DNA from: an uncultured Acidobacterium sp.
GTDB taxonomy: Bacteria; Acidobacteriota; Vicinamibacteria; Vicinamibacterales; UBA2999
Direction: 5' to 3'
DNA length: 64,000 nt
NCBI GenBank assembly: GCA_964513235.1
Contig: CAZEMI010000124.1
Coordinates: 1,596 to 65,595 of the forward strand
Positions 36,152 through 45,410 of the stretch are shown here, piece after piece. The notes beneath the pieces are model-generated. The model did no database searches. It was not told the DNA's origin and saw only the letters and a list, made by a program, of their open reading frames with translations. The translations under genes and the position numbers were made by a program. Positions within the stretch are counted from its first letter, which is position 1; every line of letters begins with the position of its first letter.

Positions 36152-36811
36152 TTACCGCGTGCCCGGCGCGACCTTCAGGTTGTCGCGCACGCTCTTCACG
36201 CCGTCGGTGGCTTTCGCCGTGGCCACGGCCTTGGCCTTGGCTCCCGCCGATTTCACCGTGCCGTTCAGCGTCACGACGTTGTTGTCGACGTCGATGTCGA
36301 TGTCGCTGTCGTCGAGCACGGTATTCCAGTCCGCCAAGTACTGCGCGTAGATCTTCGACTTAATCCAGCCATCGTCGATGGCGCGGCCGGTCCTCTTGGT
36401 GGCGCTGACGGTCTTGTCGGCGGCCTTCTCTCCGGCGCGCGCGGTCTTGTCGGCGGCCCGCTCGGCCTTGTCTTCGGCCCGGTCGACCTTGCCGGCCATG
36501 TTGTGGCCTCGTGCCGGCGCGATCTTCAACTGATCGACGACGCGCTTGACGCCGTCGTTGGCCTTGGCCACCGCGATCGCGCGGCTGCGCGCCGCTTCGC
36601 CCGGCACCGTGCCCTGCAGCGTGACGACGCCGTTCTTGACATCAACATCGATGTTGCTGCCATCCAGCACATCTTCGTCCACCATCTCGGAGTGGACCTT
36701 CATGACCAGCCAGCCGTCCTTGATAGTGCTGAGCTGGGTTGCCGCCACCGACGTGGCGCCGATGACCATTGCGAGTGCGAAAGCACCCATGAAACGACCT
36801 AAGTTCGACAT
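36152..36811 (-). CDS. periplasmic BON-domain protein (OsmY-like, two BON domains)
   Basis: Start moved to ATG 36809-36811 with AGGAG upstream. It has a signal peptide. Two D(V/I)DV.NGVVTL.GTV...A..A....GVK.V.D.LK units flank a Lys/Ala/Asp-rich linker. Confidence 0.85.
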   Translation of the reverse strand: MSNLGRFMGAFALAMVIGATSVAATQLSTIKDGWLVMKVHSEMVDEDVLDGSNIDVDVKNGVVTLQGTVPGEAARSRAIAVAKANDGVKRVVDQLKIAPARGHNMAGKVDRAEDKAERAADKTARAGEKAADKTVSATKRTGRAIDDGWIKSKIYAQYLADWNTVLDDSDIDIDVDNNVVTLNGTVKSAGAKAKAVATAKATDGVKSVRDNLKVAPGTR

Positions 36812-37039
36812 CTTTTTACTCCTAAGCTCCCCAATTGAGGCGCTAAGTCCAAGAGTGCAAGCCGGACGCCAACTCGAGAGTCCGTGGCGGGGCTGTTCGT
36901 GCCCAAGCTCGAGGCTCACCGTATTCGGTTGAACGCGAACAGTTGATGATCGGTTGAGGCCACTCCTTGCCAATGAGCGCGCTCCCCCCTGTCCAAAGCG
37001 ATACAGCGACCCTCGGGTTGATTAAGGCCTAATGGTTGT

Positions 37040-37747
37040 ATGTTCAATAGAAAAAGCGATCGTCGTGTGAGCGGGAGCGTCGTGGCGCTCGCGGTGTTGG
37101 TGCTTGTGAGTTCCGTCACCCTCAGTGCCGGAACGGCCGCGGAACGGCTGGGCGAATCGGCCACCGTTCTCAGGGAAGTCATGGATGCGCCGGATAAAGG
37201 CATTCCGGAAGATCTGCTGCAGTCCGCGTTCTGCGTGGTGATTGTGCCGGGCGTGAAGCAAGCGGCACTGGGGATTGGCGCGAAGTACGGCCGCGGTTTT
37301 GCGGTGTGCCGTAAGAGCGCCGGCGCCAACTGGGGTCCGCCCGCCGCGGTGCGGATCGAAGGCGGCAGCGTCGGCTTTCAAATCGGCGTGTCGGAGACCG
37401 ACGTCGTGATGCTGGTCATGGATCAGCGCAGCATGAATGGGATTTTATCGAGCAAGTTCACGCTCGGCGGCGCGGCGGGAGTTGCGGCGGGCCCGGTCGG
37501 CCGCAGCAGCACGGCGCAAACCGACGCGACGATGCGGGCGAAGATCCTTTCGTATTCCCGATCGCGTGGAGCGTTCGCGGGCGTGGCCCTGACGGGCGCG
37601 ACGCTGCGGCAGGATCTCGACGAGAACCGGGAAATGTATAGCCGCAAGATCGAGAACAAGGCGATCCTCAACAGCGGCTTGAAGACGCCGGTTGGAGCGG
37701 AGGACCTCATCGCGCTGCTCAACAAGTACTCGCGCAAGGAAACGTAA
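37040..37747 (+). CDS. SYLF (Ysc84/DUF500) lipid-binding domain protein, secreted
   Basis: The signal segment is followed by VLREVMDAPDKGIPEDLL..A.CVVIVPGVKQAALGIGAKYGRG and GGSVGFQIG...LGGAAGVAAGPVGR, typical of the SYLF domain. Confidence 0.8.
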   Translation: MFNRKSDRRVSGSVVALAVLVLVSSVTLSAGTAAERLGESATVLREVMDAPDKGIPEDLLQSAFCVVIVPGVKQAALGIGAKYGRGFAVCRKSAGANWGPPAAVRIEGGSVGFQIGVSETDVVMLVMDQRSMNGILSSKFTLGGAAGVAAGPVGRSSTAQTDATMRAKILSYSRSRGAFAGVALTGATLRQDLDENREMYSRKIENKAILNSGLKTPVGAEDLIALLNKYSRKET

Positions 37748-37805
37748 TGGAGAGGCCGCGCTGCCCCGGGCAGCGCGGTGCTTGACCTTGGAGCCGACTC
37801 CCGAC

Positions 37806-38549
37806 TCAAGCGACGGGCGTGTCGACGACCCGGCCGTCGAAGAGGTGAATGTGGCGTTGGACTTGCTCGTTCCAGCGTGAATCGTGTGTGACCACGCACA
37901 CCGTGGCGCCGGCGGCATGCAGCTCGCCGAACATGTGCATCAAGGCTTCGCCGCTTTTTGAGTCGAGATTGCCCGTCGGTTCGTCGGCCAGTAGCACGGC
38001 GGGGCGCCCGGTGATGGCGCGGGCCACCGCCACCAGTTGCTGCTGGCCGCCGGACAGGTTCCCGGGATGATGTTTGGCGCGCGTGGTGAGGCCCACGCGC
38101 GCGAGCGCCGCGTCGACGCGCGCCTTGCGCTCGGCGGCGGGAATGCCGCGAATCGACAACGGGTACTCGACGTTCTCGAAGACCGTCATGTCGCCGATCA
38201 GGTTGAAGCTCTGGAAGACGAGGCCGACGTCGAGGTTGCGGATGCGCGAGCGTTCGGCCGGCGTCAGGCGGTCGGTGGGCCGGCCGTTCAACCAGTAGCG
38301 GCCGGAGGTGGGCGTGTCGAGCAGGCCGATGATCGACAGGAAGGTCGACTTGCCGCATCCAGATGGGCCCGACACCGCCACGTATTCGCCGCGCTTGATC
38401 TCCACCGACACGTCATCGAGGGCGCGCGTTTCCTCGTCGGCATCGCCCTGGAACAGCTTGCTGACGTGTTCCAACCGGATGACCGGCAGGTTCGGATCGG
38501 CCGGGGCTTCCTCGCGCGCGGGGGCCGGGTCTCTGCGCCACCAGGGCAT
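37806..38549 (-). CDS. ABC transporter ATP-binding protein (MacB/LolD-type)
   Basis: Walker A is GPSGCGKST, the signature is LSGGQQQLVAVARA and Walker B is VLLADEPTGNLD. Confidence 0.9.
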   Translation of the reverse strand: MPWWRRDPAPAREEAPADPNLPVIRLEHVSKLFQGDADEETRALDDVSVEIKRGEYVAVSGPSGCGKSTFLSIIGLLDTPTSGRYWLNGRPTDRLTPAERSRIRNLDVGLVFQSFNLIGDMTVFENVEYPLSIRGIPAAERKARVDAALARVGLTTRAKHHPGNLSGGQQQLVAVARAITGRPAVLLADEPTGNLDSKSGEALMHMFGELHAAGATVCVVTHDSRWNEQVQRHIHLFDGRVVDTPVA

Positions 38550-38563
38550 ATGCCGCTATTAGA

Positions 38564-38677
38564 CCATTCGACTCGCTATTCGGTTCGCTTTGCGAACCGA
38601 ATAGCTCGCTCATGGCAGGCCATTCCGACTCGCCATTTGGTTCGCTTTGCGAACCGAATAGCTCGCTCATGGGCAGG
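38564..38677. repeat. tandem duplication of a 56-58 bp unit, each carrying a 14-bp stem hairpin
   Basis: Units lie at 38564-38619 and 38620-38677. Unit 1 contains a perfect GCTATTCGGTTCGC-TTT-GCGAACCGAATAGC at 38575-38605. The unit 2 stem has 2 mismatches. Confidence 0.85.
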
Positions 38678-38728
38678 CGTCTGGAGGCGAGAGAGGGAGC
38701 GGCCAAGCCTTGCAAGTAACATAGCCGG

Positions 38729-39424
38729 ATGAGCGCACGTCGATTTCTCATTACGGGCGGCAGCCAGGGGATTGGCTCCGCGCTGGTCGCCCACGCGCGG
38801 CAGCAGGGTCACCAGGTCGTCTTTACCGGCCGCAACCAGACGCAGATCGACACCGTTTTCCGCGATACCGGCGCCGTGGGCGTGGCCGCGGATGTTGCCA
38901 ACGACGGCGACAACGAGCGCGTGGTGAACCACTGCGTCAAGCAGATGGGCGGCATCGACGTCCTGATCAACAACGCCGGCGTCGGCTACTCGGCGGAGAT
39001 TGGATCGATCGACATGAACCGGATGCGAACGCTGTTTGGCACCAACGTGTTCGGCATGGTCGATCTGACCAACCGTGTCGTCGCGTTGATGAAAGACCAG
39101 GCCTCCGGCGACATCGTCAATCTCGCCTCGACGTCCGGCACGAAGGGCGCGAAGGGCGCTACGGTGTACGCCGGCAGCAAGTGGGCGGTGCGCGGCATCA
39201 GCCAATGCTGGCAGGCCGAGCTGCGGCCGCACGGCATCCGCGTGATGTGCATCCTGCCGTCGGAAGTCCAGACCAACTGGATGGGACGCACCGGCCGCAA
39301 TAATCCGAACAAGCTGTTTGCGAAAGACATTGCGGCAACGATCTTCGCCGGCCTCGACATGCCGAGGAATGTGTTGTGGCCGGAGCTGGCGATCTTCGCC
39401 AACAATCCCTGGAAAGAGGACTAA
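38729..39424 (+). CDS. short-chain dehydrogenase/reductase (SDR)
   Basis: ITGGSQGIGSAL cofactor motif, NNAG, and catalytic YAGSKWAV. Confidence 0.9.
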   Translation: MSARRFLITGGSQGIGSALVAHARQQGHQVVFTGRNQTQIDTVFRDTGAVGVAADVANDGDNERVVNHCVKQMGGIDVLINNAGVGYSAEIGSIDMNRMRTLFGTNVFGMVDLTNRVVALMKDQASGDIVNLASTSGTKGAKGATVYAGSKWAVRGISQCWQAELRPHGIRVMCILPSEVQTNWMGRTGRNNPNKLFAKDIAATIFAGLDMPRNVLWPELAIFANNPWKED

Positions 39425-39429
39425 GGACG

Positions 39430-41184
39430 GTGATTGGCGAAGGAGGATTCCGCCGCCGGTCCCTCGAGTGGATCGGCGCCGTGGTCGTCCTGGGCGCGGC
39501 CCTGCGTTACTGGCTGTGGTATTTCGATCGCAGCACCAATCTCCTTGATGAAGGCTCCACCGCGGCGCAGGCGCTGCGCATTCTCAACGGCGATCTGATC
39601 TACCGCGATTTCTTCACGGTGGTCACGCCCGGCTCGTACTACACCGTGGCGGCGCTGTTTCAGATCTTCGGCGAGCAGCTGATGGTGCTGCGGTGGGCGG
39701 CGCTGGTGTCGGGACTGGCAATCGCTCTGGTCACGCTGGCGATCGGGCGGCAGATCGCGTCGTGGCCGTTCGCGGCCGCGGCGGCCCTGATGACCACGGT
39801 CTGGGGCTGGTTCCTGATCACGCCGAATTTCTATTCGCTGCAAGCGGCGCTCTTCGCGCTCGTGGCGTTGTTCTTTCACCTGCGAGACACGGCGGATCCG
39901 CGGACGAGATGGGTCGTACTCGCGGGCGTGATGACCGGCCTGACCGCGCTCGTCAAACAGAACGTCGGCGCCTATCTGGCGATCGGCCTGCTGCTCTTGT
40001 TCTGGATCTCACGGGTGTCCGGCACTACCCACGATCTCCGCGGCCGGTTGCGCCGCAGCGCGCTGCTCATCGCCGGCATCTCCATCCCGGTGGTACCCAC
40101 GCTGATCTACCTGATCGCTTCGGGAGCCGGGCCCTACCTCTATGAGAGCTGGGTCTACTACCCGTTGATGAAATATCCGGATCGATTCTCGCTGCCGTTC
40201 CCCGCGTTCTATCCGTTGCTGCCCGAGCACAACGTGATCACGCTTCGCGACGCGGTGCCGGCGTTGCTGTCTCGCGCGATCCCGGAGCCGGCCGTCTTCG
40301 ACGTGTGGGTGAAGTTGGTCCTCTACCTCCCGATGCTGGTCTATCCACTGATCGTTGCGAGGCTCGTCTGGCTGGCCTATCAGGTGCGCCGCCATGGCCG
40401 TGCTGAACTGGCGCAAGAAGGCCGCGCGCTGCTGGCGATCGCGATTGCCGGTGCGCTGTTGCTGCTGCAAACCTGGCCGCGCGCCGATTTGACGCACCTG
40501 CTGTTCGGCATCCAGCCGACCTTCGTGCTGTTTGCCTACCTGACGTTCTGCGCGTGGCGCGCGTTGCAGCGCCTGCCCGGGCCGCGAGTGGTGGTGAGCA
40601 CGGCGATGCTGCTCATCACGCTGGCGCCGCATGCGCTGCTGCTCTGGAACGGCTACCGGCGCACTGATTGGGAGTATGCGAACTACATCGCGCCGCTTCG
40701 CGCCGATCGCGCGCGTGGTGTCAGGGCCGTGCCGATCGAAGCGCAGCGCATCGACGCGGTCACGCGTTACATGGTCGAGCACACGGCGCCGGATGAGCCC
40801 ATCTTCGTCGTGCCGTGGGCGGCGGGCTTTTATTTCCTGACCGATCGCGCCAATCCCACGCGAACCGACTTCATGTTGTTCGAGGATCCCGAAGCGTATC
40901 CCTGTCTGATCGCGAGGCTCGATCAGCAGCCGCCCAAGTACGTGATCTACGGTTACACCTGGGACGTGGACCAACGGCGGTTCCGCGACTACGCGGCGCC
41001 GATCGATCGCTACATTCGCTCTCGCTACGCGATCGAAGACGGCGTGGATGGTTATGAGGTCTGGCGCCGCATCGAGGGTGTGGCCGCGGTGGACCAGAGC
41101 TTCGCGGGCGCGTGCCAGCCGCGACGGTTCAGGTGGCGCGATCTGTGGCCAAGTCCTTCCGGATCGGCAAGCTCTGTGCAATAA
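39430..41184 (+). CDS. polytopic membrane protein, GT-C fold glycosyltransferase-like (GT39/ArnT-like)
   Basis: Start provisionally at GTG 39430, just after the SDR stop. Many hydrophobic segments. The N-terminal DEGSTAAQALRILNGDLIYRDFF loop and a soluble C-terminal domain resemble ArnT/PMT-like enzymes. The function call is tentative. Confidence 0.6.
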   Translation: MIGEGGFRRRSLEWIGAVVVLGAALRYWLWYFDRSTNLLDEGSTAAQALRILNGDLIYRDFFTVVTPGSYYTVAALFQIFGEQLMVLRWAALVSGLAIALVTLAIGRQIASWPFAAAAALMTTVWGWFLITPNFYSLQAALFALVALFFHLRDTADPRTRWVVLAGVMTGLTALVKQNVGAYLAIGLLLLFWISRVSGTTHDLRGRLRRSALLIAGISIPVVPTLIYLIASGAGPYLYESWVYYPLMKYPDRFSLPFPAFYPLLPEHNVITLRDAVPALLSRAIPEPAVFDVWVKLVLYLPMLVYPLIVARLVWLAYQVRRHGRAELAQEGRALLAIAIAGALLLLQTWPRADLTHLLFGIQPTFVLFAYLTFCAWRALQRLPGPRVVVSTAMLLITLAPHALLLWNGYRRTDWEYANYIAPLRADRARGVRAVPIEAQRIDAVTRYMVEHTAPDEPIFVVPWAAGFYFLTDRANPTRTDFMLFEDPEAYPCLIARLDQQPPKYVIYGYTWDVDQRRFRDYAAPIDRYIRSRYAIEDGVDGYEVWRRIEGVAAVDQSFAGACQPRRFRWRDLWPSPSGSASSVQ

Positions 41185-41191
41185 CCGCGGC

Positions 41192-41818
41192 GTGGTATCC
41201 ACCGCCAATGCCCTGGTTCAGCGGGCCTACGATCGCATCGCTCGCGTCTACGACTTCTTCTTTGGCGCCATCCTCGAGCCCGGTCGTGTGCGTGCCGTGC
41301 GCGCCATTCCATCGAAGCCCGGCCTACGCGTCCTCGAGCTCGGCATTGGCACCGGCCTGACCGTGCCGCTCTATTCCTGCGATTGGGCCGTGGTGGGTGT
41401 GGACCTCTCGCCGGCCATGCTGGTGCAGGCACGGAAGCGCATTACCGAGCTCGGTCTCACGACGACGGTCACCCTGCTCGAAGCCGATGGCGCGCAGCTG
41501 CCGTTCGCCGACGAAAGCTTCGACGCAGTGCTGGTGCCGTACGTGATGTCGGTGGTGCCCGATCCGCTGAGTGTGGGTCGCGAGTTGCGCAGGGTGTGCC
41601 GCACCGACGGCCAAATCATCCTGCTGAATCATTTTCTGAGTCAGGATTCACTTGGCGCCAGGCTCGAGCGCTGGATTTCACCCGTGACCCGGCACCTCGG
41701 ATTTCGCACCGACCTATCACTTCCCTGGTTGCTGACGGGCGCGGGACTGACGCTCATCGACGTCGCGTCCGTGAACATGCCGCCGATCTGGAAGCTCGTC
41801 ACCTGCGTGAAGGGCTGA
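41192..41818 (+). CDS. class I SAM-dependent methyltransferase
   Basis: Start provisionally at GTG 41192, after the upstream stop. Motif I is VLELGIGTGL, followed by VGVDLSPAML and FDAVLVPYVM. Confidence 0.8.
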   Translation: MVSTANALVQRAYDRIARVYDFFFGAILEPGRVRAVRAIPSKPGLRVLELGIGTGLTVPLYSCDWAVVGVDLSPAMLVQARKRITELGLTTTVTLLEADGAQLPFADESFDAVLVPYVMSVVPDPLSVGRELRRVCRTDGQIILLNHFLSQDSLGARLERWISPVTRHLGFRTDLSLPWLLTGAGLTLIDVASVNMPPIWKLVTCVKG

Positions 41819-42893
41819 GAAACGCTCGCAGCCGTTCCACTTCTGCTTCGAACGCATTCTTGAACCCGCGGTCGCGGGGCGCGCGGCCGGTGACGTAGCC
41901 GGCGTCGACGCGCAAGGCGGCGGGGCCGCCCGACACATTCGCCCAACCAATCACCCGATCGCGCCACAGCAGCGGCAACGCATAGTAGCCATGCTTGCGT
42001 TTCGCGGCTGGCGTATACGCTTCGAATCGGTAGGCCCACCCCCAGAGCTGTTCGAACTTGCGGCGATCCCACACCAGCGGATCGAATGGTGCGAGCAGGC
42101 GCACCACCTCGGGCGCATCGTGGCCATCGATCGATTCATCGACGGGCCAGTACCAGGTCTCGCCATCGATGACGGCGTTCGCGAACCGCTGTTTTGCCCG
42201 CGTGAGGGCGCGCGTGAGGTCGTTGGTCCATTGCGGAACCGCATACCGCAGCCGGCGCACGACCGACGACACTGAGGTGGCGGGCAGCGGCGCGTACTTG
42301 CGCACCACGACGTCGACCAGCGCGTCGAGCCGCTGACGCCGTTCGGCGGCGCCGGCCGGTCCGCCCTCGTGTTGATGCACCGCATAGATGCGGATGCCGG
42401 CTTCGCGCCTCGCCACGCGGACCAGGCCCTTGTAGTGCATCAACTCGAGCAGGTGCGTGGTGGCGCTCGACGAGCCGCCCCAATAATTCGTGACCCGGCC
42501 GTGCGCGAAGTGCGCGTCCACATCGCGCGGATGCACCTCGCCGCCCTCGCGGACGAATTGCAGCACGGCCCGGGCGCGCTGGTTCGATGCCGACGGTAAC
42601 AGGCCCGCGCCCTCGCGCGGGTGCATCAGCGCCGACAGGCGGCGGCTGACGAACCCGTAGTTGATGAAGAAGTCCTCTTCGATCGGCAGCGTCGGGTAGA
42701 GCCGTTCGAGATCGCCGGCGCGATAGCCCGCCACGCGGTGGCGCAGCGTGAGATCCTGCGCGCGCGCCGGCGCGCGGATGGGATCGGCCTGGACGAAGCC
42801 GAGGTGCTGGAGCGCCGCGGCCAGGCCGGAGGATCCGAATTGGCGGGCGACGGCCAGCCGCCGGATGTCGTCGAGGGAGGGCATTCCTGCCAT
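41799..42893 (-). CDS. winged-helix DNA glycosylase-like protein (YcaQ/AlkZ family, DUF1006)
   Basis: LQHLGFVQADPI...AQDLTLRHRVAGYRAGDLERLY, and the C-terminal YYALPLLWRDRVIGWANV, are typical of the YcaQ/AlkZ family. Confidence 0.8.
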   Translation of the reverse strand: MAGMPSLDDIRRLAVARQFGSSGLAAALQHLGFVQADPIRAPARAQDLTLRHRVAGYRAGDLERLYPTLPIEEDFFINYGFVSRRLSALMHPREGAGLLPSASNQRARAVLQFVREGGEVHPRDVDAHFAHGRVTNYWGGSSSATTHLLELMHYKGLVRVARREAGIRIYAVHQHEGGPAGAAERRQRLDALVDVVVRKYAPLPATSVSSVVRRLRYAVPQWTNDLTRALTRAKQRFANAVIDGETWYWPVDESIDGHDAPEVVRLLAPFDPLVWDRRKFEQLWGWAYRFEAYTPAAKRKHGYYALPLLWRDRVIGWANVSGGPAALRVDAGYVTGRAPRDRGFKNAFEAEVERLRAFLSPSRR

Positions 42894-42973
42894 CGATGCT
42901 ACATGAACAGTGTTCAGGCTGAAATCGACAGGACGCCCACAACCACGCTCATCCGGTGCCCGTCCAATCGGAC

Positions 42974-45406
42974 ATGCGCAACCTGATGCTCGACCTCCGC
43001 GATTCGGTGAGAAGCTTGCGGCGCGACCGCGCGTTTTCGGCCGTGGTGATCGCCACCCTTGCCATCACCATCGGCGCCACCACCGCCGTGTTCTCGATCG
43101 TCAATGGCATCCTGCTCAAACCGCTCGCGTATCCGCAGCCCGAACAGCTCGTGACCATCCGGGAGATCTGGCGTGAAGTGTCGTTGCGCGCGGCCACGCT
43201 CGAAGTCAACCAGCGTCATTTCGAGCATTGGCGGCAGAACACGCGCCTGTTCCATTCGATGGCGCAATTCATCACCTTGCCGGCCAACCTGTCGTCGGGC
43301 GGCCCGGCCACGCAAATTTCGGCGGTGCAGGCGAGCGATACGCTCTTCGACGTGCTTGGCGAAACCTCGGCGCTGGGCCGGCTGTTGACGGCCGGCGACG
43401 ATCGGCCGGGGAGCCCGGACGTGGTGGTGATCAGCGACGGGCTCTGGCGGCAACGTCTCGGCGGCCGGCCGGATGTGCTCGGCTCGTCGATGGTGATCGA
43501 CGGCACGCCATTCACGGTGATTGGCGTCTTGCGGCCGACGTTCCGGCTGCCCGAGGGCCAGAGACTCATCGCGACCGTCGACGCGGTGATGCCGATGCGG
43601 ATCACTGCGGGCTGGGTCGGCGATCACAACAACGCCGCGATCGGCAGGCTCAGGAGCGGCGTGACGATCGACCAAGCGCGGATCGAGCTCGACGTCCTGC
43701 AGCGGCAGGCCAGCGAGATTGCCGCCGCGGAATCCGGCCAGCGCGTCACCCTGGCGGGAGTGGTCGGCTCGCTCGATGACTCGATCGTCGGGCGCGCGCG
43801 CCGCAGCCTGGTGCTCCTGTTCGCCGCCATCCTCGCGGTGCTGGCCATCGCCTGCTCGAACCTCACCAACCTGGCGCTGATCCGCGCGCTCGGCCGCGCC
43901 CGCGAGGCGGCCATTCGGTCGGCGCTCGGCGCCGGCCGGCGGCGCCTGATCGCTCGCGCCATCCTCGATGACGCGTTGCTCGCCGGCATCGGCGGCGCGT
44001 TGGGTGTCTGGGTGGCGTATGGTGCGCTGCGCATCTTCGTGACCACGGCGCCGGTGGACCTGCCGCGGATCGAAGACGTCACCCTCGATGGACGCGTGCT
44101 GCTGTTTGCCGTCTTCGTCACGGGATTGACCGGCCTGCTCGTGGCCATGCTTCCCGTGCTGCATCTGGACGATCGCGATCCACAGTCCGCGCTGCGCAGC
44201 GGATCGAGCGGGAGCGGAGCGGGCCGTGCCGGCGTCCGTGCGCGGGCGATCCTGACGGCGACCCAGGTCGCCTTGGCGGTCACCTTGCTGACGGTCACGG
44301 CACTGCTCGGCACCAGCCTGCTGCGCGTGCTCGATATCGATTACGGGTTCAGCACCGATCATGTGTTGTCGGTGCCGATCGCCCTGCCGGCGTCCCGCTA
44401 TGCTGACCCACCCGCGCGGATCGGCGCGTTCGATCGGATTCTCAGCGGGGTGAAAGCGCTGCCGGGCGTGCGATCGGTCTCATCGACGTCGCTGCTGCCG
44501 ATGCGCGGCGAAGGGCAGGTCAACTTCGTGGTCGCGGCGGGCACCAACGTGCCGCGTCCGGAACAACCAAGCGCCAACTTCCGGTTCATCGCGCCCGAAT
44601 ATTTCACCGCGCTGGAGCTGCCCATGCCGCAGGGACGCATGTTCTCGCTGGACGAGCGCAGCGGCCGCCTGACGCCGGCGGTGATCTCCGCGTCGCTGGC
44701 GGCGCGGTTGTGGCCGGGCCAGGATGCTCTCGGGAAGGAATTCAGCCGCGGCATCGAGAGTGAGCCAGGCTTCGAGGTGATCGGCATCGCGGCTGACGCG
44801 CGCACCGCATCTCTCGAGAGGCCACCGCCGCTGATGGTCTACGTGCCGTACTGGTGGCAGACGCGGACGACGCTGGCCCTGCTGGTCAAGACCGCGGTGG
44901 ATCCGGCGACGCTGGCGCCCTCGATTCGCCGCGCGCTCGAACACATCGATCCGGAGATTGCGATGGGGCAGGCACGCCCGCTGCAGCAGGCTATCGATGC
45001 GGCCACCGCCAGCCGGCGCTACCAGGCACGCCTGTTCGTGGTGTTCGGCCTGGTCGCCTTGCTCATCGCGACGGTGGGCGTCTACGGCGTCACCGCCTAC
45101 AGCGTGTCGAAGCGGCGGCGCGAGATGAACATCAGAGTCGCGCTCGGTGCGCGTGAAGGCGAAGTGATCAGGCTGCTGGTGAAGCAGAGTGCGTATGCCG
45201 TGCTGCCCGGCGTGCTGGCCGGGCTGGTCGGCTCGCTCGCCATCGGCGGCGCGCTCGCCAGCTTGTTATACGAGGTTCAAGCACGCGATCCGATGCTGCT
45301 GGCCGGCGTGGCGGGCTCGGTCGGCGTGGTGGCGTTGGCAGCGTCGCTACTCGCCGCCCGCGGCGGATTGTCGCTTGACCCCGCGTCGGCACTACGCGAA
45401 GAGTAG
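42974..45406 (+). CDS. ADOP-family duplicated FtsX/MacB-type ABC permease
   Basis: Start set at MRNLMLDLRDSVRSLRRDRAFSAVVIATLAITIGATTAVFS, the typical ADOP N-terminus. Two MacB_PCD/FtsX halves are present, and the C-terminal segment ends ALREE. Confidence 0.85.
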   Translation: MRNLMLDLRDSVRSLRRDRAFSAVVIATLAITIGATTAVFSIVNGILLKPLAYPQPEQLVTIREIWREVSLRAATLEVNQRHFEHWRQNTRLFHSMAQFITLPANLSSGGPATQISAVQASDTLFDVLGETSALGRLLTAGDDRPGSPDVVVISDGLWRQRLGGRPDVLGSSMVIDGTPFTVIGVLRPTFRLPEGQRLIATVDAVMPMRITAGWVGDHNNAAIGRLRSGVTIDQARIELDVLQRQASEIAAAESGQRVTLAGVVGSLDDSIVGRARRSLVLLFAAILAVLAIACSNLTNLALIRALGRAREAAIRSALGAGRRRLIARAILDDALLAGIGGALGVWVAYGALRIFVTTAPVDLPRIEDVTLDGRVLLFAVFVTGLTGLLVAMLPVLHLDDRDPQSALRSGSSGSGAGRAGVRARAILTATQVALAVTLLTVTALLGTSLLRVLDIDYGFSTDHVLSVPIALPASRYADPPARIGAFDRILSGVKALPGVRSVSSTSLLPMRGEGQVNFVVAAGTNVPRPEQPSANFRFIAPEYFTALELPMPQGRMFSLDERSGRLTPAVISASLAARLWPGQDALGKEFSRGIESEPGFEVIGIAADARTASLERPPPLMVYVPYWWQTRTTLALLVKTAVDPATLAPSIRRALEHIDPEIAMGQARPLQQAIDAATASRRYQARLFVVFGLVALLIATVGVYGVTAYSVSKRRREMNIRVALGAREGEVIRLLVKQSAYAVLPGVLAGLVGSLAIGGALASLLYEVQARDPMLLAGVAGSVGVVALAASLLAARGGLSLDPASALREE

Positions 45407-45410
45407 CGGG

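Noticed and set aside
38413-38751. Minus-strand ORF with a duplicated MSELFGSQSEPN peptide.
   Set aside because: The duplication mirrors the 56-bp DNA repeat. The ORF overlaps the ABC ATPase N-terminus out of frame and has no other support.
39376-39429. ATG at 39376 as the start of the membrane glycosyltransferase-like gene.
   Set aside because: It would overlap the SDR gene by 49 nt in another frame. The GTG at 39430, right after the SDR stop, is preferred, but the true start is unverified.
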